DNA of 25,166 bases from a bacterium (GTDB lineage Bacteria; SZUA-182; DTGQ01; JAFGSM01), in assembly GCA_049472355.1 (NCBI GenBank), contig JBLIRP010000060.1:1-25166 (forward strand), written 5' to 3'. Shown here piece by piece: positions 1 through 11,608 of this stretch (its first letter is position 1; every line of letters begins with the position of its first letter). The translations under genes and the position numbers were made by a program. The notes beneath the pieces were generated by a model. That model saw only the letters and a list, made by a program, of their open reading frames with translations. It was not told the origin of the DNA and made no database searches.

Positions 1-32
1 GATTGAAGTCTGTTCCTTTATAAGGGATTCTT

Positions 33-1961
<1,929 letters not shown>

Positions 1962-2054
1962 ACGCTGCATGCTCCTTTTCGATAGGAAACCCTTTGCCCG
2001 CGGAGAGGGTACCCCCCTACACAACGCCTCACAGGCGGGCAGGGAACGAAGACC

Positions 2055-5000
2055 TTATGCCCCGTTCAGGATGGCCCTGATCCCCCGCAGGGGGATCGCC
2101 ACCCAGTCGGGCCTGTTGTTCAGCTCGTAGCCCAGCTCGTACACCGCCTTCTGCAGCAGGAATGCATCGAACAGGATGTCGAATTCCTCGCCGCCCTGGG
2201 GGATGAAGGGGGCATCCCTGACCGTATCGAGGTACGAGCGCAGGAAAAGGGTGCTTGTATAGTGGTACCACACGATCACCCAGGGTTCAAGGAAGGGGGC
2301 GTCGGTCTGATGCACCAAGGGGTACCGCAGGAACCCGGCATGCGCCGCGTAGTGAAACGAGCGCACCATGCCCGCCACATCCCGCAGGGGAGAGCGCTTC
2401 AGCCGCCGCTCGCCCAGCGGCACAGCGGGCTCCCCCTCGAAATCGATGATCACGAAATCCTTCCCGGTGAACAGGACCTGGCCGAGGTGGTAGTCGCCGT
2501 GTATCCGGATCTTCATGGCGGAGATCTTCTTTCCGAGGATTCTGGCCAGCCTGGCGAGGATCTCCCGCTCGGCATCCATCAGCCCCGATGCCTCCTCCCG
2601 GATGTCCTCCGGAAGGTCCGTGAGGTTTTCCCGCAGCAGCCGGAACACCTTCCTGGTCAAGCTCCGCATGGACTGGAACACGGAGCGCTGGTAGAGGATG
2701 GAGAAGGGCTCCGGGGCAAAGGCGGGGTCCCCGGTGAGCGAGTATAGGGCCCGGTGCAGCTCACCGGTGCGCCTCCCGAGAAGGCTCACCATCTCCGCAA
2801 AAAAGGCGCCCGCCAATTCGTCCAGAAAGGGGTATGCCTTCATAAGATCCTCGTCGAACAGCCCCGAAGTCCGGGGAATATCGGTGAGTTCCCCCCTGCG
2901 TGCGAGCACCCGCTCGAGATACTTATGCACATGGTCCAGGGTGAATTGCCAGGCATCCCCCTGGTTGGGCACAAAGCGCTGGAGCAGGCCGATGAACGTC
3001 GGCTCACCGCGCGGCTGCCGGTATTCGATGGCCCCGGCAAAGGCGGGGATGTGGGGAAAGCGGGCCCTGTCGGTAAGGGCACTGGTGATCTCCGCATCGG
3101 GATGGGCGCCTTCATGGAGCTTTCTGAAGATCTTGAGTATGAAATTATCTTTGTAAAGGATTGAGGTGTTGCTCTGTTCCGCCCCCAGCACGGAGGAATC
3201 CGTATACGCCGCGGTTCCCCGGGGCATCCCCTCGAATCCCCTGTTGGGATAGGCGACAAATTCCCCCGCCTGCGCACTGATCCCTTTTCGCCGTGCGATC
3301 ATGTCGAAGAGAATGCGATGCAATCCCCGGTTGTATGCGCCGTCATAGAGAATGCCCTCCTCCTCGCCCACCCTCATTGAGGCGATGATGCTGCGGTGAA
3401 AATGCCTCCGTATGACCTCGGCCTCCTGCCTGCCCGCCCAGGACAGGGGGATGAAATAGGTCTCGGGGATTCCCTCGTTGTAGTTGACCCGGATGGTGAG
3501 AAGAAGGGGCGCGCCATGGCTTTTGCGGGCAACGGGCGCCATCTCCAGGATTTCGATGGAGCGCATGGTCCTCCCCTTTCCGCCGAACCAGCGCGATTTC
3601 TTCAGATACGTGGGAAGCACGTGACGTTCGAGCTTCTCCCGAATCTCGGTCCCGGCAAGCTCCTTGATCCCCTCCTGCACCTGCAGGTAGGGGAGCACGT
3701 CCTCCCGTTCCACCCTGATCATCTCCTGCTCGCCCTTCAGCACAAACCAGAAGTAATTATGGGGTCCCAGGGTGAGGATGTAAGGCTCCCGCCTGATGGG
3801 GGGGAAGTTGTTCTGGCTGAACGCCTCCTGGGGGATCAGGCCTGCGCAGTCCGAGAGGTCCAGTTCCACCACCTGGGAGAACCGGGAGAGGTTCAGCACC
3901 ACCAGGATGATCTCCTCCTCGTACCGCCTGATGAACGCCAGCACCTTGGGATTCCGGGGGGAGAGAAACCGGATGTCGCCGCGGCTGAATGCCTTGAAGT
4001 GCCTCCGCATGGCGATCACCCGTCTCATCCACCACATCAGGGAGGAAAGGTTGCGTTCCTGGTTTTCAACGTTTACCACCTCGTAGTGATACTCGGGATC
4101 GATGATCGTGGGCAGGTAGAGACGCTGGGGATTGCTCGTGGAAAACCCGGCATTGCGGTCGGGGCTCCACTGGAAGGGGGTGCGCACCCCGTCCCGGTCG
4201 CCCAGGTAGTAGTTGTCCCCCATCCCGATCTCGTCCCCATAGTAGATTACCGGGGTGCCCAGGAGGGAAAAGAGCAGCGTATTCAGCACCTCGATCCGGT
4301 TGCGGTTGTTCCCGAGCAGAGGGGCGAGCCGCCGCCTGATCCCCAGGTTGATCTTGGTGAGGGGGTCCTGCGCATAGACCCGGTACATGTAGTCCCGCTC
4401 CTCGTCCGTGACCATCTCCAGGGTGAGCTCGTCGTGGTTGCGCAGGAACATGGCCCACTGGCAGCGCTCCGGTATCTCCAGGGGCGGGTCAAGGATGTCG
4501 ATGATGGGGAAGCGGTCCTCCATCTGGAGGGCCATGAACATCCGGGGCATCACCGGGAAGTTGAAGGCCATGTGGCACTCGTTCCCCTCCCCGAAATACA
4601 CGGCCGCATCCTCCGGCCACTGGTTCGCCTCCGCGAGCAGCATCCGGTTCCTGAACCTGCTGTCCACATGGGCACGCAGTTTCTTCAGGAAGGTGTGGGT
4701 CTCCGGGAGGTTCTCGCAGTTGGTGCCCTCCCGCTCGAACAAATAGGGGACCGCGTCGAGGCGCAGGCCGTCCACCCCCATGCCCAGCCAGAAATCGATA
4801 ACACTGAGCATGGCCTTCTGTACCCTTGGATTGTCGTAGTTGAGGTCGGGCTGATGCGCATAGAAGCGATGCCAATAATAGGCCCCCGCCACCGAGTCCC
4901 ATGTCCAGTTCGAGGCCTCGAAATCCTTGAAGATGACCCGGGCATCCTGATATCGCTCCGGCGTATCGCTCCAGACGTAGAAATCCCTCCACGGAGTGCC

Positions 5001-5387
5001 GGGCTTCGCCCACCTGGAGCGCTGGAACCAGGGGTGCTGGTCCGAGGTGTGATTGAGGACCATCTCGGTGATCACCCTGATCCTCCGCTGGTGGGCCTGG
5101 CGGAGGAATTCCCTGAAATCCCGCAATGTGCCGTAGGTAGGGTGCACGCTGAAGTGATCGGCGATGTCGTAGCCGTCGTCCTTGAGGGGGGATGGGTAAA
5201 AGGGGAGAAGCCATATGGCGGTGATCCCCAGGTTCTGGAGATAGTCCAGCCTGGTGATGAGCCCCTTGAAATCGCCGATCCCGTCACCATTGCTGTCGCA
5301 GAACGCCTTCACATGAAGCTCGTAGATGACCGCATCCTTGTACCAGAGGGGGTCGTCCTCTATATATGACCGCTGATTGTGTGCCAT
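2055..5387 (-). CDS. treS: Trehalose synthase (maltose alpha-D-glucosyltransferase) fused to maltokinase (Pep2/Mak), 1110 aa
   Basis: N-terminal GH13 TreS motifs: WYKDAVIYE, DDGYDI, LRLDAVPY, AEANQW, LRNHDELTLE. C-terminal kinase motifs: RWFGGK, EQSNTS, RIHGDYHLGQVL, IIDFEGEP, LRDVAGM. Confidence 0.95.
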   Translation of the reverse strand: MAHNQRSYIEDDPLWYKDAVIYELHVKAFCDSNGDGIGDFKGLITRLDYLQNLGITAIWLLPFYPSPLKDDGYDIADHFSVHPTYGTLRDFREFLRQAHQRRIRVITEMVLNHTSDQHPWFQRSRWAKPGTPWRDFYVWSDTPERYQDARVIFKDFEASNWTWDSVAGAYYWHRFYAHQPDLNYDNPRVQKAMLSVIDFWLGMGVDGLRLDAVPYLFEREGTNCENLPETHTFLKKLRAHVDSRFRNRMLLAEANQWPEDAAVYFGEGNECHMAFNFPVMPRMFMALQMEDRFPIIDILDPPLEIPERCQWAMFLRNHDELTLEMVTDEERDYMYRVYAQDPLTKINLGIRRRLAPLLGNNRNRIEVLNTLLFSLLGTPVIYYGDEIGMGDNYYLGDRDGVRTPFQWSPDRNAGFSTSNPQRLYLPTIIDPEYHYEVVNVENQERNLSSLMWWMRRVIAMRRHFKAFSRGDIRFLSPRNPKVLAFIRRYEEEIILVVLNLSRFSQVVELDLSDCAGLIPQEAFSQNNFPPIRREPYILTLGPHNYFWFVLKGEQEMIRVEREDVLPYLQVQEGIKELAGTEIREKLERHVLPTYLKKSRWFGGKGRTMRSIEILEMAPVARKSHGAPLLLTIRVNYNEGIPETYFIPLSWAGRQEAEVIRRHFHRSIIASMRVGEEEGILYDGAYNRGLHRILFDMIARRKGISAQAGEFVAYPNRGFEGMPRGTAAYTDSSVLGAEQSNTSILYKDNFILKIFRKLHEGAHPDAEITSALTDRARFPHIPAFAGAIEYRQPRGEPTFIGLLQRFVPNQGDAWQFTLDHVHKYLERVLARRGELTDIPRTSGLFDEDLMKAYPFLDELAGAFFAEMVSLLGRRTGELHRALYSLTGDPAFAPEPFSILYQRSVFQSMRSLTRKVFRLLRENLTDLPEDIREEASGLMDAEREILARLARILGKKISAMKIRIHGDYHLGQVLFTGKDFVIIDFEGEPAVPLGERRLKRSPLRDVAGMVRSFHYAAHAGFLRYPLVHQTDAPFLEPWVIVWYHYTSTLFLRSYLDTVRDAPFIPQGGEEFDILFDAFLLQKAVYELGYELNNRPDWVAIPLRGIRAILNGA

Positions 5388-5756
5388 ACCAGTTTTCCCT
5401 GAATTGAACCAGGAATATTGGGAACGAATTTTATACCAGAATTATGCATTAATTGATTGTTTTTTAATTTTTTCATCCTTCAGCACGATCCAAAAAAAAG
5501 TCATGGCGGTTTACAAGAAACATGCTGCATGCAAGGAATCCATTCCCGATTGTATAAGCGGCTTCGGCAAAAGGCAAACGAACCCCCTACTTTTTTATCG
5601 ACAATGGGATGGTTACGATCGCAATGACCCGGGGTATGCATTCTGCGGGTGATTCCTGAACCAATTTTGGCAGGGCTGCTACGCTGTGGTCAAAGCCTAT
5701 CGGGATGTACGGATGCTCATCCTAATGGCATGCCTCGGCCAACGCTCCGGCGCTTT

Positions 5757-6794
5757 TTACTGCTCCTTTGCGGATTCCTTTGCGACCTCGAAGTGCTTCG
5801 ACAACAACCGCTGGGCAGAGGCGCCCTCGATGGCCTTTATGGCGATGTTTTGAACCTGCTTGCCGGCATCGTCCGATTTCTGTGTCAACTGGCGGATATA
5901 CGTCTCCTGTTCTTTGATCTTCGCCTCGAGCCCGGAGACGATCTGCGCATGCAACCGCCTCTCTCCTTCGATCTCCTTGGCCGCGAGGGCCGCCTCGTGA
6001 CGGTACCGTGACTCCAGTTTCTCGGTCACGGATTTCTCCGTGTCCTGGATCGCCTTTTCCATTCTTTCCGGAAACTGGGTGACCGCGGCCTTCATTTCCT
6101 CGTATTCCTTCTCCCGGACGGAAATGGCTGCCTCCCGATCGGAAAGCTCCTTCTCAGCGGCGATCTTCTTTTCGGCAAGCACCTTATCCAGCGCCGCCTT
6201 TTTTGCCTCGTACGCGTCGTTTTCCTTCTTTCTCTTCAACTGGAGGGAATAGGCGTACTCCTCTTCCTCGCGATCCCGCTCCTTTTTAACCCTCGCATCC
6301 CTTTCCTTCACCGCCTGCTCGTGCGCCTCCTGCTCCCTCTTCCATTCCAGCCTCTTCTGCCCCAACTCCGCATCAAGGGCATGCCGCTTCTCATCCATGT
6401 CCTTTGCAAACTGCGCACTCTTCTCCTTCTGTGCCTGAAGGAGAGCGTCGAGGCTGTCCGCATTCACCGTGATATCGTGAATCTCCTGCAGGGTCGTTCG
6501 TCCGATTTCTATGGCCTGCTGCAGGTCCGACAATTTCTTGAACTCGGCAATCAACCGTTCCTCGAGATTGTCCAGGGCCCCCCCGATCTCCAGCTTGATC
6601 TGGGCCAGTCCCTTTACAATCCTCTCCACCGAATGCTGGGATGCCTCCCTGACCAGCCGCTTTTCCTCAACCTGTTTCCTTTCCGCCTGCCGATCCGGGA
6701 CCTGTCCCTTCTGGAGCCTCTCCAACACCTCATGGTATGCCTGCAAAATCTCACTCTTGGTGCTTTTCCCGGAGATCTCCTTTTTCTCTTCCAT
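5757..6794 (-). CDS. Hypothetical long coiled-coil protein (E/K/A/Q/L-rich, about 345 aa)
   Basis: Long ORF with alpha-helical, charged composition and no TM segment or signal peptide. AAGGAG lies 7 nt before the ATG at 6794 (the ORF track starts at 6800). Confidence 0.85.
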   Translation of the reverse strand: MEEKKEISGKSTKSEILQAYHEVLERLQKGQVPDRQAERKQVEEKRLVREASQHSVERIVKGLAQIKLEIGGALDNLEERLIAEFKKLSDLQQAIEIGRTTLQEIHDITVNADSLDALLQAQKEKSAQFAKDMDEKRHALDAELGQKRLEWKREQEAHEQAVKERDARVKKERDREEEEYAYSLQLKRKKENDAYEAKKAALDKVLAEKKIAAEKELSDREAAISVREKEYEEMKAAVTQFPERMEKAIQDTEKSVTEKLESRYRHEAALAAKEIEGERRLHAQIVSGLEAKIKEQETYIRQLTQKSDDAGKQVQNIAIKAIEGASAQRLLSKHFEVAKESAKEQ

Positions 6795-7002
6795 GGTCAT
6801 GCTCCTTTTTGTTCTTCATGAAAAACCAAGGCATTGTTATACGTCTATCGCAGTGATTATGCCTCACCACTGCTCGAATGCATGCACGAGTTTCCTCGAT
6901 AAAAGGCAGAAGGCCGCTCGATTCGATCGCTGCAATCCGGCACGAATAGAAGCTGATACATGAGAATCGAAGACGTCCTTTATGACGGATTACCCCGGCC
7001 AC

Positions 7003-7395
7003 TTACCATATCGTTTCCACATCGCCGAAATCCATAATCCTTCGGTCGGAAGAGACCACAGGTATCCCCAATATCCTTGATGTTGCAACGATGATCTGGT
7101 CTGCAGGGTCTCGATGAAGACCGCGAAGCTGGGTGCTTTCTACAGCGATCTCAGGGGAAAGATCCGCGATACTTATATTGAATTCATTAAGAGAGCGTCG
7201 AATCCATGTGATCAAGGGTATTGAGAAGGATATCCTTTTTTTCTCGACCAGCTTTGCCAATTCCCAGCATGATATGGCAGAGATCCATTTTTGATGTGCC
7301 TTGTTGAGCATCGTCTTTGCCTTATGCGAAAGGGACGCCTCGTTTTGGATGCTTACCCAAATCCAGATATGCGTATCCAGAAGAAGGGCCTTCAC
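7003..7395 (-). CDS. vapC: PIN-domain type II toxin (VapC family)
   Basis: PIN motifs LLDTHIWIW, SAISCWE, HRDPADQIIVAT, VSSD. The GTG start at 7395 overlaps the antitoxin stop (GTGA) and has GGGAGG 7 nt upstream. Confidence 0.9.
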   Translation of the reverse strand: MKALLLDTHIWIWVSIQNEASLSHKAKTMLNKAHQKWISAISCWELAKLVEKKRISFSIPLITWIRRSLNEFNISIADLSPEIAVESTQLRGLHRDPADQIIVATSRILGIPVVSSDRRIMDFGDVETIW

Positions 7396-7616
7396 CTTGT
7401 AACCTCCCATTCATCATCGGCAACAGGAGAGAGTATATCCCCGATGAACGTGACGGTATCCTTGAGCGGGATCTCTTCTTTCTGATTATTCACCGGGATT
7501 ATTTCGGCAATCGGCTCGCCCCGCTTGGTGATGAGCACCCTCTTTTTCTTCATTTTGACATCTTCAAGGACTGAAAGGCAGATGGCCTTGAACTTGGATA
7601 CCGATAATGTCTCCAT
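7392..7616 (-). CDS. Phd/YefM-family antitoxin, 74 aa
   Basis: Phd/YefM N-terminal pattern SVSKFKA...VLITKRGEPIAEIIP, an acidic C-terminus, and translational coupling to the downstream PIN gene. Confidence 0.9.
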   Translation of the reverse strand: METLSVSKFKAICLSVLEDVKMKKKRVLITKRGEPIAEIIPVNNQKEEIPLKDTVTFIGDILSPVADDEWEVTR

Positions 7617-7634
7617 CTTTTGCCCCCCTATTTA

Positions 7635-7662
7635 ATTATGGTCAAATCACTATTACCATAAT
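7635..7662. promoter_or_regulatory. Putative TA autorepression operator (inverted repeat)
   Basis: Perfect 8-bp inverted repeat ATTATGGT-N12-ACCATAAT overlapping the -10 box and predicted start site. Confidence 0.6.
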
Positions 7663-7686
7663 ATCGATTTGCCTTCTCATTGTCAA
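7658..7686 (-). promoter_or_regulatory. sigma70-type promoter of the TA operon
   Basis: The minus strand reads TTGACA-17 nt-TATTAT, ending about 40 nt upstream of the antitoxin ATG. Confidence 0.75.
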
Positions 7687-7794
7687 AGAGCGGCAATTCC
7701 ATTTGGGAGTGCAGCATGGTGAGCAGACATGTTCAGGAGGGATTTAGGGAGGCCTTCTGTAAATTTTCTCTCCCCCCGGGCGAACACCGCTCCC

Positions 7795-9783
7795 TTACAT
7801 GAAGTAGTCGAAATCCGCCTCCCTGCGCAGGCGGTGGTGCACCCTGAATATGTGGGCCGGGACGAGCGAGGGGGAAAGCTCCACGCGATTCGAATCCCCC
7901 TGCCACAGGTACTTGTCGTCGCTGATCAGGTCGGTGACCAGGTAGGGTTGGCCGGGGACGATCCCCAACTCGTCAAGGGGAATCTTGACGGAGCCGGACT
8001 GGGTGTGGAAGGGATCCAGGTTCACGATGACCATGATGATGTTGGACAGGTCCTCGGTGGCCTTGACAAAGGCAAGGAGGTATTCGTTGTCCACCTCGCA
8101 GAACCGGAGGTTCCCGGTGGCCTGCAGGGCACTGTTGTTACGCCGGACCGCGTTGATCCTGGCGATGAAGTCCCGCAGGTTATCCTCCCTCCCCTCCACG
8201 TCCCAGTGCCTCACCTCGTACTTTTCCGAATGGAGATACTCCTCGCGGTCAGCGACCCCCTCGTTGATGGACAGCTCGAAGGGAGGACCGTACAGGCCGT
8301 AGTTGGAGGAGAGAGTCGCGGCCAGCACAAGGCGCACCAGAAAGGCGGACCTGCCGTCGTACTGCAGGAATTCAGGGAGGATATCCGGGGTGTTCGGCCA
8401 GAAGCTGGGACGGAGGTACTCCCGAATCCCGGTGGAGGTGAGCTCGGTAAGGTATGCGGTGATCTCCTGTTTGGTGTTTCTCCAGGTGAAGTAGGTGTAG
8501 GACTGGGTGAACCCGAGCTTGGCGAGGCGGTTCATGACCTTGGGCCGGGTGAAGGCCTCGGCCAGAAAAAGCACATCGGGATGCTGCTGCTTCACCTCGC
8601 TGATAAGCCATTCCCAGAAGCAAAAGGGCTTGGTGTGGGGATTGTCCACGCGGAATATGCGAACCCCCTTTTCGACCCAGAAAAGCACGATCCCCTTCAA
8701 TTCCTCCCACAGGGACTGCCAGTGATCCGTCTCGAAGAAAAAGGGCACGATGTCCTCGTAGCGTTTGGGGGGATTCTCCGCAAACTGGATGGTGCCGTCC
8801 GGCCTCCACAGGAACCACTCCGGGTGCTCCGTAAGGTAGGGGTGGTCGTTTGAGCACTGGAAGGCCAGATCGAGGGCGATCTCGATGCCGTGCCGGCCGG
8901 CCTTTTTGACGAGATCCACGAAATCCTCCATGGTGCCGAGGAGGGGGTGGACGCTGGTATGGCCTCCCTCTTCGTAGCCGATGGCCCAGGGGCTTCCCGG
9001 GTCGTCCGGCCCGGCGGCAGGGGCGTTGTCCCTTCCCTTGCGCTGTGTCCTCCCGATGGGGTGGATGGGGGGCAAGTAGAGCACATCGAACCCCATCCGC
9101 TCCAACTCGGGGAGGAGCCCCTCGCAGTCCTTGAAGGTCCCGTGTCTTCCCGGCTCCGGGGAACAAGACCGGGGAAAGATTTCATACCAGGCGCTGAACA
9201 GGGCCTTCTCCCTGTCCACCACCAGGGGAAGCTCCCGCTCGTATACGGACATGAGCCCCCTGTCCGGATACCGGGCCATCAGCTCGGCAAGCTCCTCACT
9301 CAGACCCGCCGAAACCGCCTGTTCGATATCCTCCCGATTGCTCAGGATAGCGGCGATCTGACGGAGCCGCTCCCTGTCGGCGCTGGTTGCCCGCTCAGCA
9401 GCCGCCTCCACATACCCGGCACCGACCAGGAGCTTCACCCCCACCTCCTGACCCGCATCCCTGGACTTCCTCAGGTCCTTGTGCCAGGTCGCAAACCGGT
9501 CGATCCACCCTCCCACCGCATACAAGTAGAATCCGGGCTCTTCAACGCTGAAGGCGCCTTCCCAGGCGTCGTTTCCCGATGATGTCATGGGTGACTCGCG
9601 CCACTCCTCTTCATCCTCCCTGCGAAAGAGGATGACCGCGGCAACATCGTCGTGTCCGTCCGCAAACACATCCGCACTCACCCTGATCCTCTCGCCTGTC
9701 ACCCGCTTTACGGGAAACCTGCCGCCATCGATCCGTGGGGTGACCCGCTCAATGACCACCCGCCTGCGTCCGTCACGTTCCAT
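7795..9783 (-). CDS. glgE: Alpha-1,4-glucan:maltose-1-phosphate maltosyltransferase
   Basis: Motifs AWYEIFPRS, LYLPPIHPIG, GSPWAIG, ENPPKRYEDI, FRVDNPHTKP, FLAEAFT, NTPDIL. Start set at the ATG at 9783, with AGGAGG 6 nt upstream. Confidence 0.95.
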   Translation of the reverse strand: MERDGRRRVVIERVTPRIDGGRFPVKRVTGERIRVSADVFADGHDDVAAVILFRREDEEEWRESPMTSSGNDAWEGAFSVEEPGFYLYAVGGWIDRFATWHKDLRKSRDAGQEVGVKLLVGAGYVEAAAERATSADRERLRQIAAILSNREDIEQAVSAGLSEELAELMARYPDRGLMSVYERELPLVVDREKALFSAWYEIFPRSCSPEPGRHGTFKDCEGLLPELERMGFDVLYLPPIHPIGRTQRKGRDNAPAAGPDDPGSPWAIGYEEGGHTSVHPLLGTMEDFVDLVKKAGRHGIEIALDLAFQCSNDHPYLTEHPEWFLWRPDGTIQFAENPPKRYEDIVPFFFETDHWQSLWEELKGIVLFWVEKGVRIFRVDNPHTKPFCFWEWLISEVKQQHPDVLFLAEAFTRPKVMNRLAKLGFTQSYTYFTWRNTKQEITAYLTELTSTGIREYLRPSFWPNTPDILPEFLQYDGRSAFLVRLVLAATLSSNYGLYGPPFELSINEGVADREEYLHSEKYEVRHWDVEGREDNLRDFIARINAVRRNNSALQATGNLRFCEVDNEYLLAFVKATEDLSNIIMVIVNLDPFHTQSGSVKIPLDELGIVPGQPYLVTDLISDDKYLWQGDSNRVELSPSLVPAHIFRVHHRLRREADFDYFM

Positions 9784-10189
9784 GCCGTTCCTCCTATTCA
9801 TCGCCTGGTGAGAACGATCGTTCTGAGTCCCCTGCACCTTCCCCGGGACGATGTACATTCCGGGAGGGTCTCGATAATCCGTCCTTCACTGAGCGGTTCG
9901 AATGAAACCGCTCGAGATAGTGTGGATCAATCAATTAAAAATTGTATAAACAGATCGGTCAAAAAGCAACCAACACCCCTGTATCCCCCCTGCAACCGCT
10001 GCGGGTATTCGAATCTCGACACGCACCAGGATTGCTGCTATAGTGCTTCACAACGGCATTGACCCACGCCGCATTCGTCTTCACTCCCCGCCGCAAGCCA
10101 AGGTTATCCCCCGCATACGGAAAATTTTGAAACAGCGGCTGCGAACGGGAAGGAATCGAAACGCCGCGCACAAAGCAAGGACTCCGCAC

Positions 10190-11605
10190 ATGGATACCAG
10201 CAGGACATACAGGACCCGTTTCATCCAGGCCAACAAGGACGAGTACGGCGACCGGTACACAGCCTTGAAATGGGCCTCGGGAAAAGAGGCCCACAGGGCA
10301 GCCGGCCTGAGGCAGGAGATACTGTCTGCCCTGGAGGGATCGGTGCACATCCGATTCAAGGGGACCAAGCCCCATTCGGGAGACCTCTCCCCGGGGTGCG
10401 AGATATGCGGAGATGGCACGTGGTCCTGCCTGTTCATCAACGGAAGGTGCAACTGCCGCTGCTTTTACTGCCCAACCGAGCAGAAGGGGATAAGTGTGCC
10501 CATGACCAACACGGTGCCATTCCCCCGCACCGGTGACTACGTGGACTACATCGGGGCACTCGATTTCAAAGGGGTGAGCATCAGCGGAGGCGAGCCCCTG
10601 GTTACCCTTCCCACCACGCTGAGCTTTATCAGCGCAGTGAAGAAACGGTTTGCAGACACAATTCATGTGTGGCTCTACACGAACGGGACCCTGGCGACAC
10701 AGGATATCCTTGCGCAGCTCAGGGATGCGGGACTGGATGAGATCAGGTTCAACATCGGCGCTTCCGGCTATGACCTCGAACCGGCGAGACTGGCCATGGG
10801 CGCCATCGGGTGCGTCACGGTGGAGATCCCCGCGGTCCCCGAGGATTATGATATCATAAAGGGGAAGCTCCTCGAGATGCAGCAGATCGGGATACACCAC
10901 CTGAACCTTCATCAGTTGCGCCTGACCCCTTACAATTACGAGCACCTTGCACACCGCAACTATACCTTCCTCCACGGGGAGAAGGTGACCGTGCTCGAGT
11001 CGGAATCGGCCGCATTGAACCTCATGCGATATGCCATAGAAAACGCGGTCGGACCTCCAATAAACTACTGCTCCTTTGTGTACAAAAACAGGTTCCAGCG
11101 GGCTGCGGCACGCAGGCGGAGCGCACGCCTTATCCGAAAAGGGCACGAGGAGATCACCGAGAACGGATACCTTCGGACTCTGTGCGTTACGGGCCCGGCG
11201 GATGAGCTCCGGATGCTTTCAGATCGTTTGAGGGCACGGGATGCAAGCGGGACATCCTGGTGCAGGGACACATCGGGAAACAGGCTCTATTTCGGCACAT
11301 CCGTGTGGGGGCATGTATCGTTCGAACGCGTAACCCTCATGATCGGGTACAGCGAGGCCAGGATCCTTCCCTCCCTCTCCTACCGCCACCCCTTTGTCGA
11401 GGTTGCCTTGAACAGGGGAAGAACCATAGCGATCGAAAAGGTACGGGCATGTGAGGAGATGGTGGTGGGGCATGATGAGATCGGCCGTTTTGAGGATCTT
11501 GTGATACGCAATACGGGAGCCCGCGAACCGGGCATCAGGGATGAACGGTGGCGGGTGATCGAGGGTTTTGAATTCCTTGGGGAGGGGCTCCAGGAATATT
11601 ACTGA
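10190..11605 (+). CDS. Radical SAM protein (COG2108-like, function unknown) with C-terminal extension
   Basis: CxxxCxxC motif (CNCRCFYC) preceded by SPGCEIC; also ISGGEPL, LYTNG and GLDEIRFN. Start set at the ATG at 10190 with AAGGA upstream. Confidence 0.88.
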   Translation: MDTSRTYRTRFIQANKDEYGDRYTALKWASGKEAHRAAGLRQEILSALEGSVHIRFKGTKPHSGDLSPGCEICGDGTWSCLFINGRCNCRCFYCPTEQKGISVPMTNTVPFPRTGDYVDYIGALDFKGVSISGGEPLVTLPTTLSFISAVKKRFADTIHVWLYTNGTLATQDILAQLRDAGLDEIRFNIGASGYDLEPARLAMGAIGCVTVEIPAVPEDYDIIKGKLLEMQQIGIHHLNLHQLRLTPYNYEHLAHRNYTFLHGEKVTVLESESAALNLMRYAIENAVGPPINYCSFVYKNRFQRAAARRRSARLIRKGHEEITENGYLRTLCVTGPADELRMLSDRLRARDASGTSWCRDTSGNRLYFGTSVWGHVSFERVTLMIGYSEARILPSLSYRHPFVEVALNRGRTIAIEKVRACEEMVVGHDEIGRFEDLVIRNTGAREPGIRDERWRVIEGFEFLGEGLQEYY

Positions 11606-11608
11606 GCA

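Noticed and set aside
3396..5369. Long antisense ORFs (657 aa here; also 36-1196, 7729-8853, 9959-11146, 17001-18266, 19065-20261, 20868-21893)
   Set aside because: They lie opposite well-supported genes in GC-rich DNA and carry no recognisable motifs.
9928..9938. CAATCAATTAA shared (inverted) with 5449-5459, upstream of glgE and treS
   Set aside because: A short AT-rich match in opposite orientations and at different distances; not distinguishable from chance.
9965..9980. Minus-strand GG-N10-GC upstream of glgE as a sigma54 promoter
   Set aside because: The -24 element reads AGGGG rather than TGGCA, which is too weak to call.
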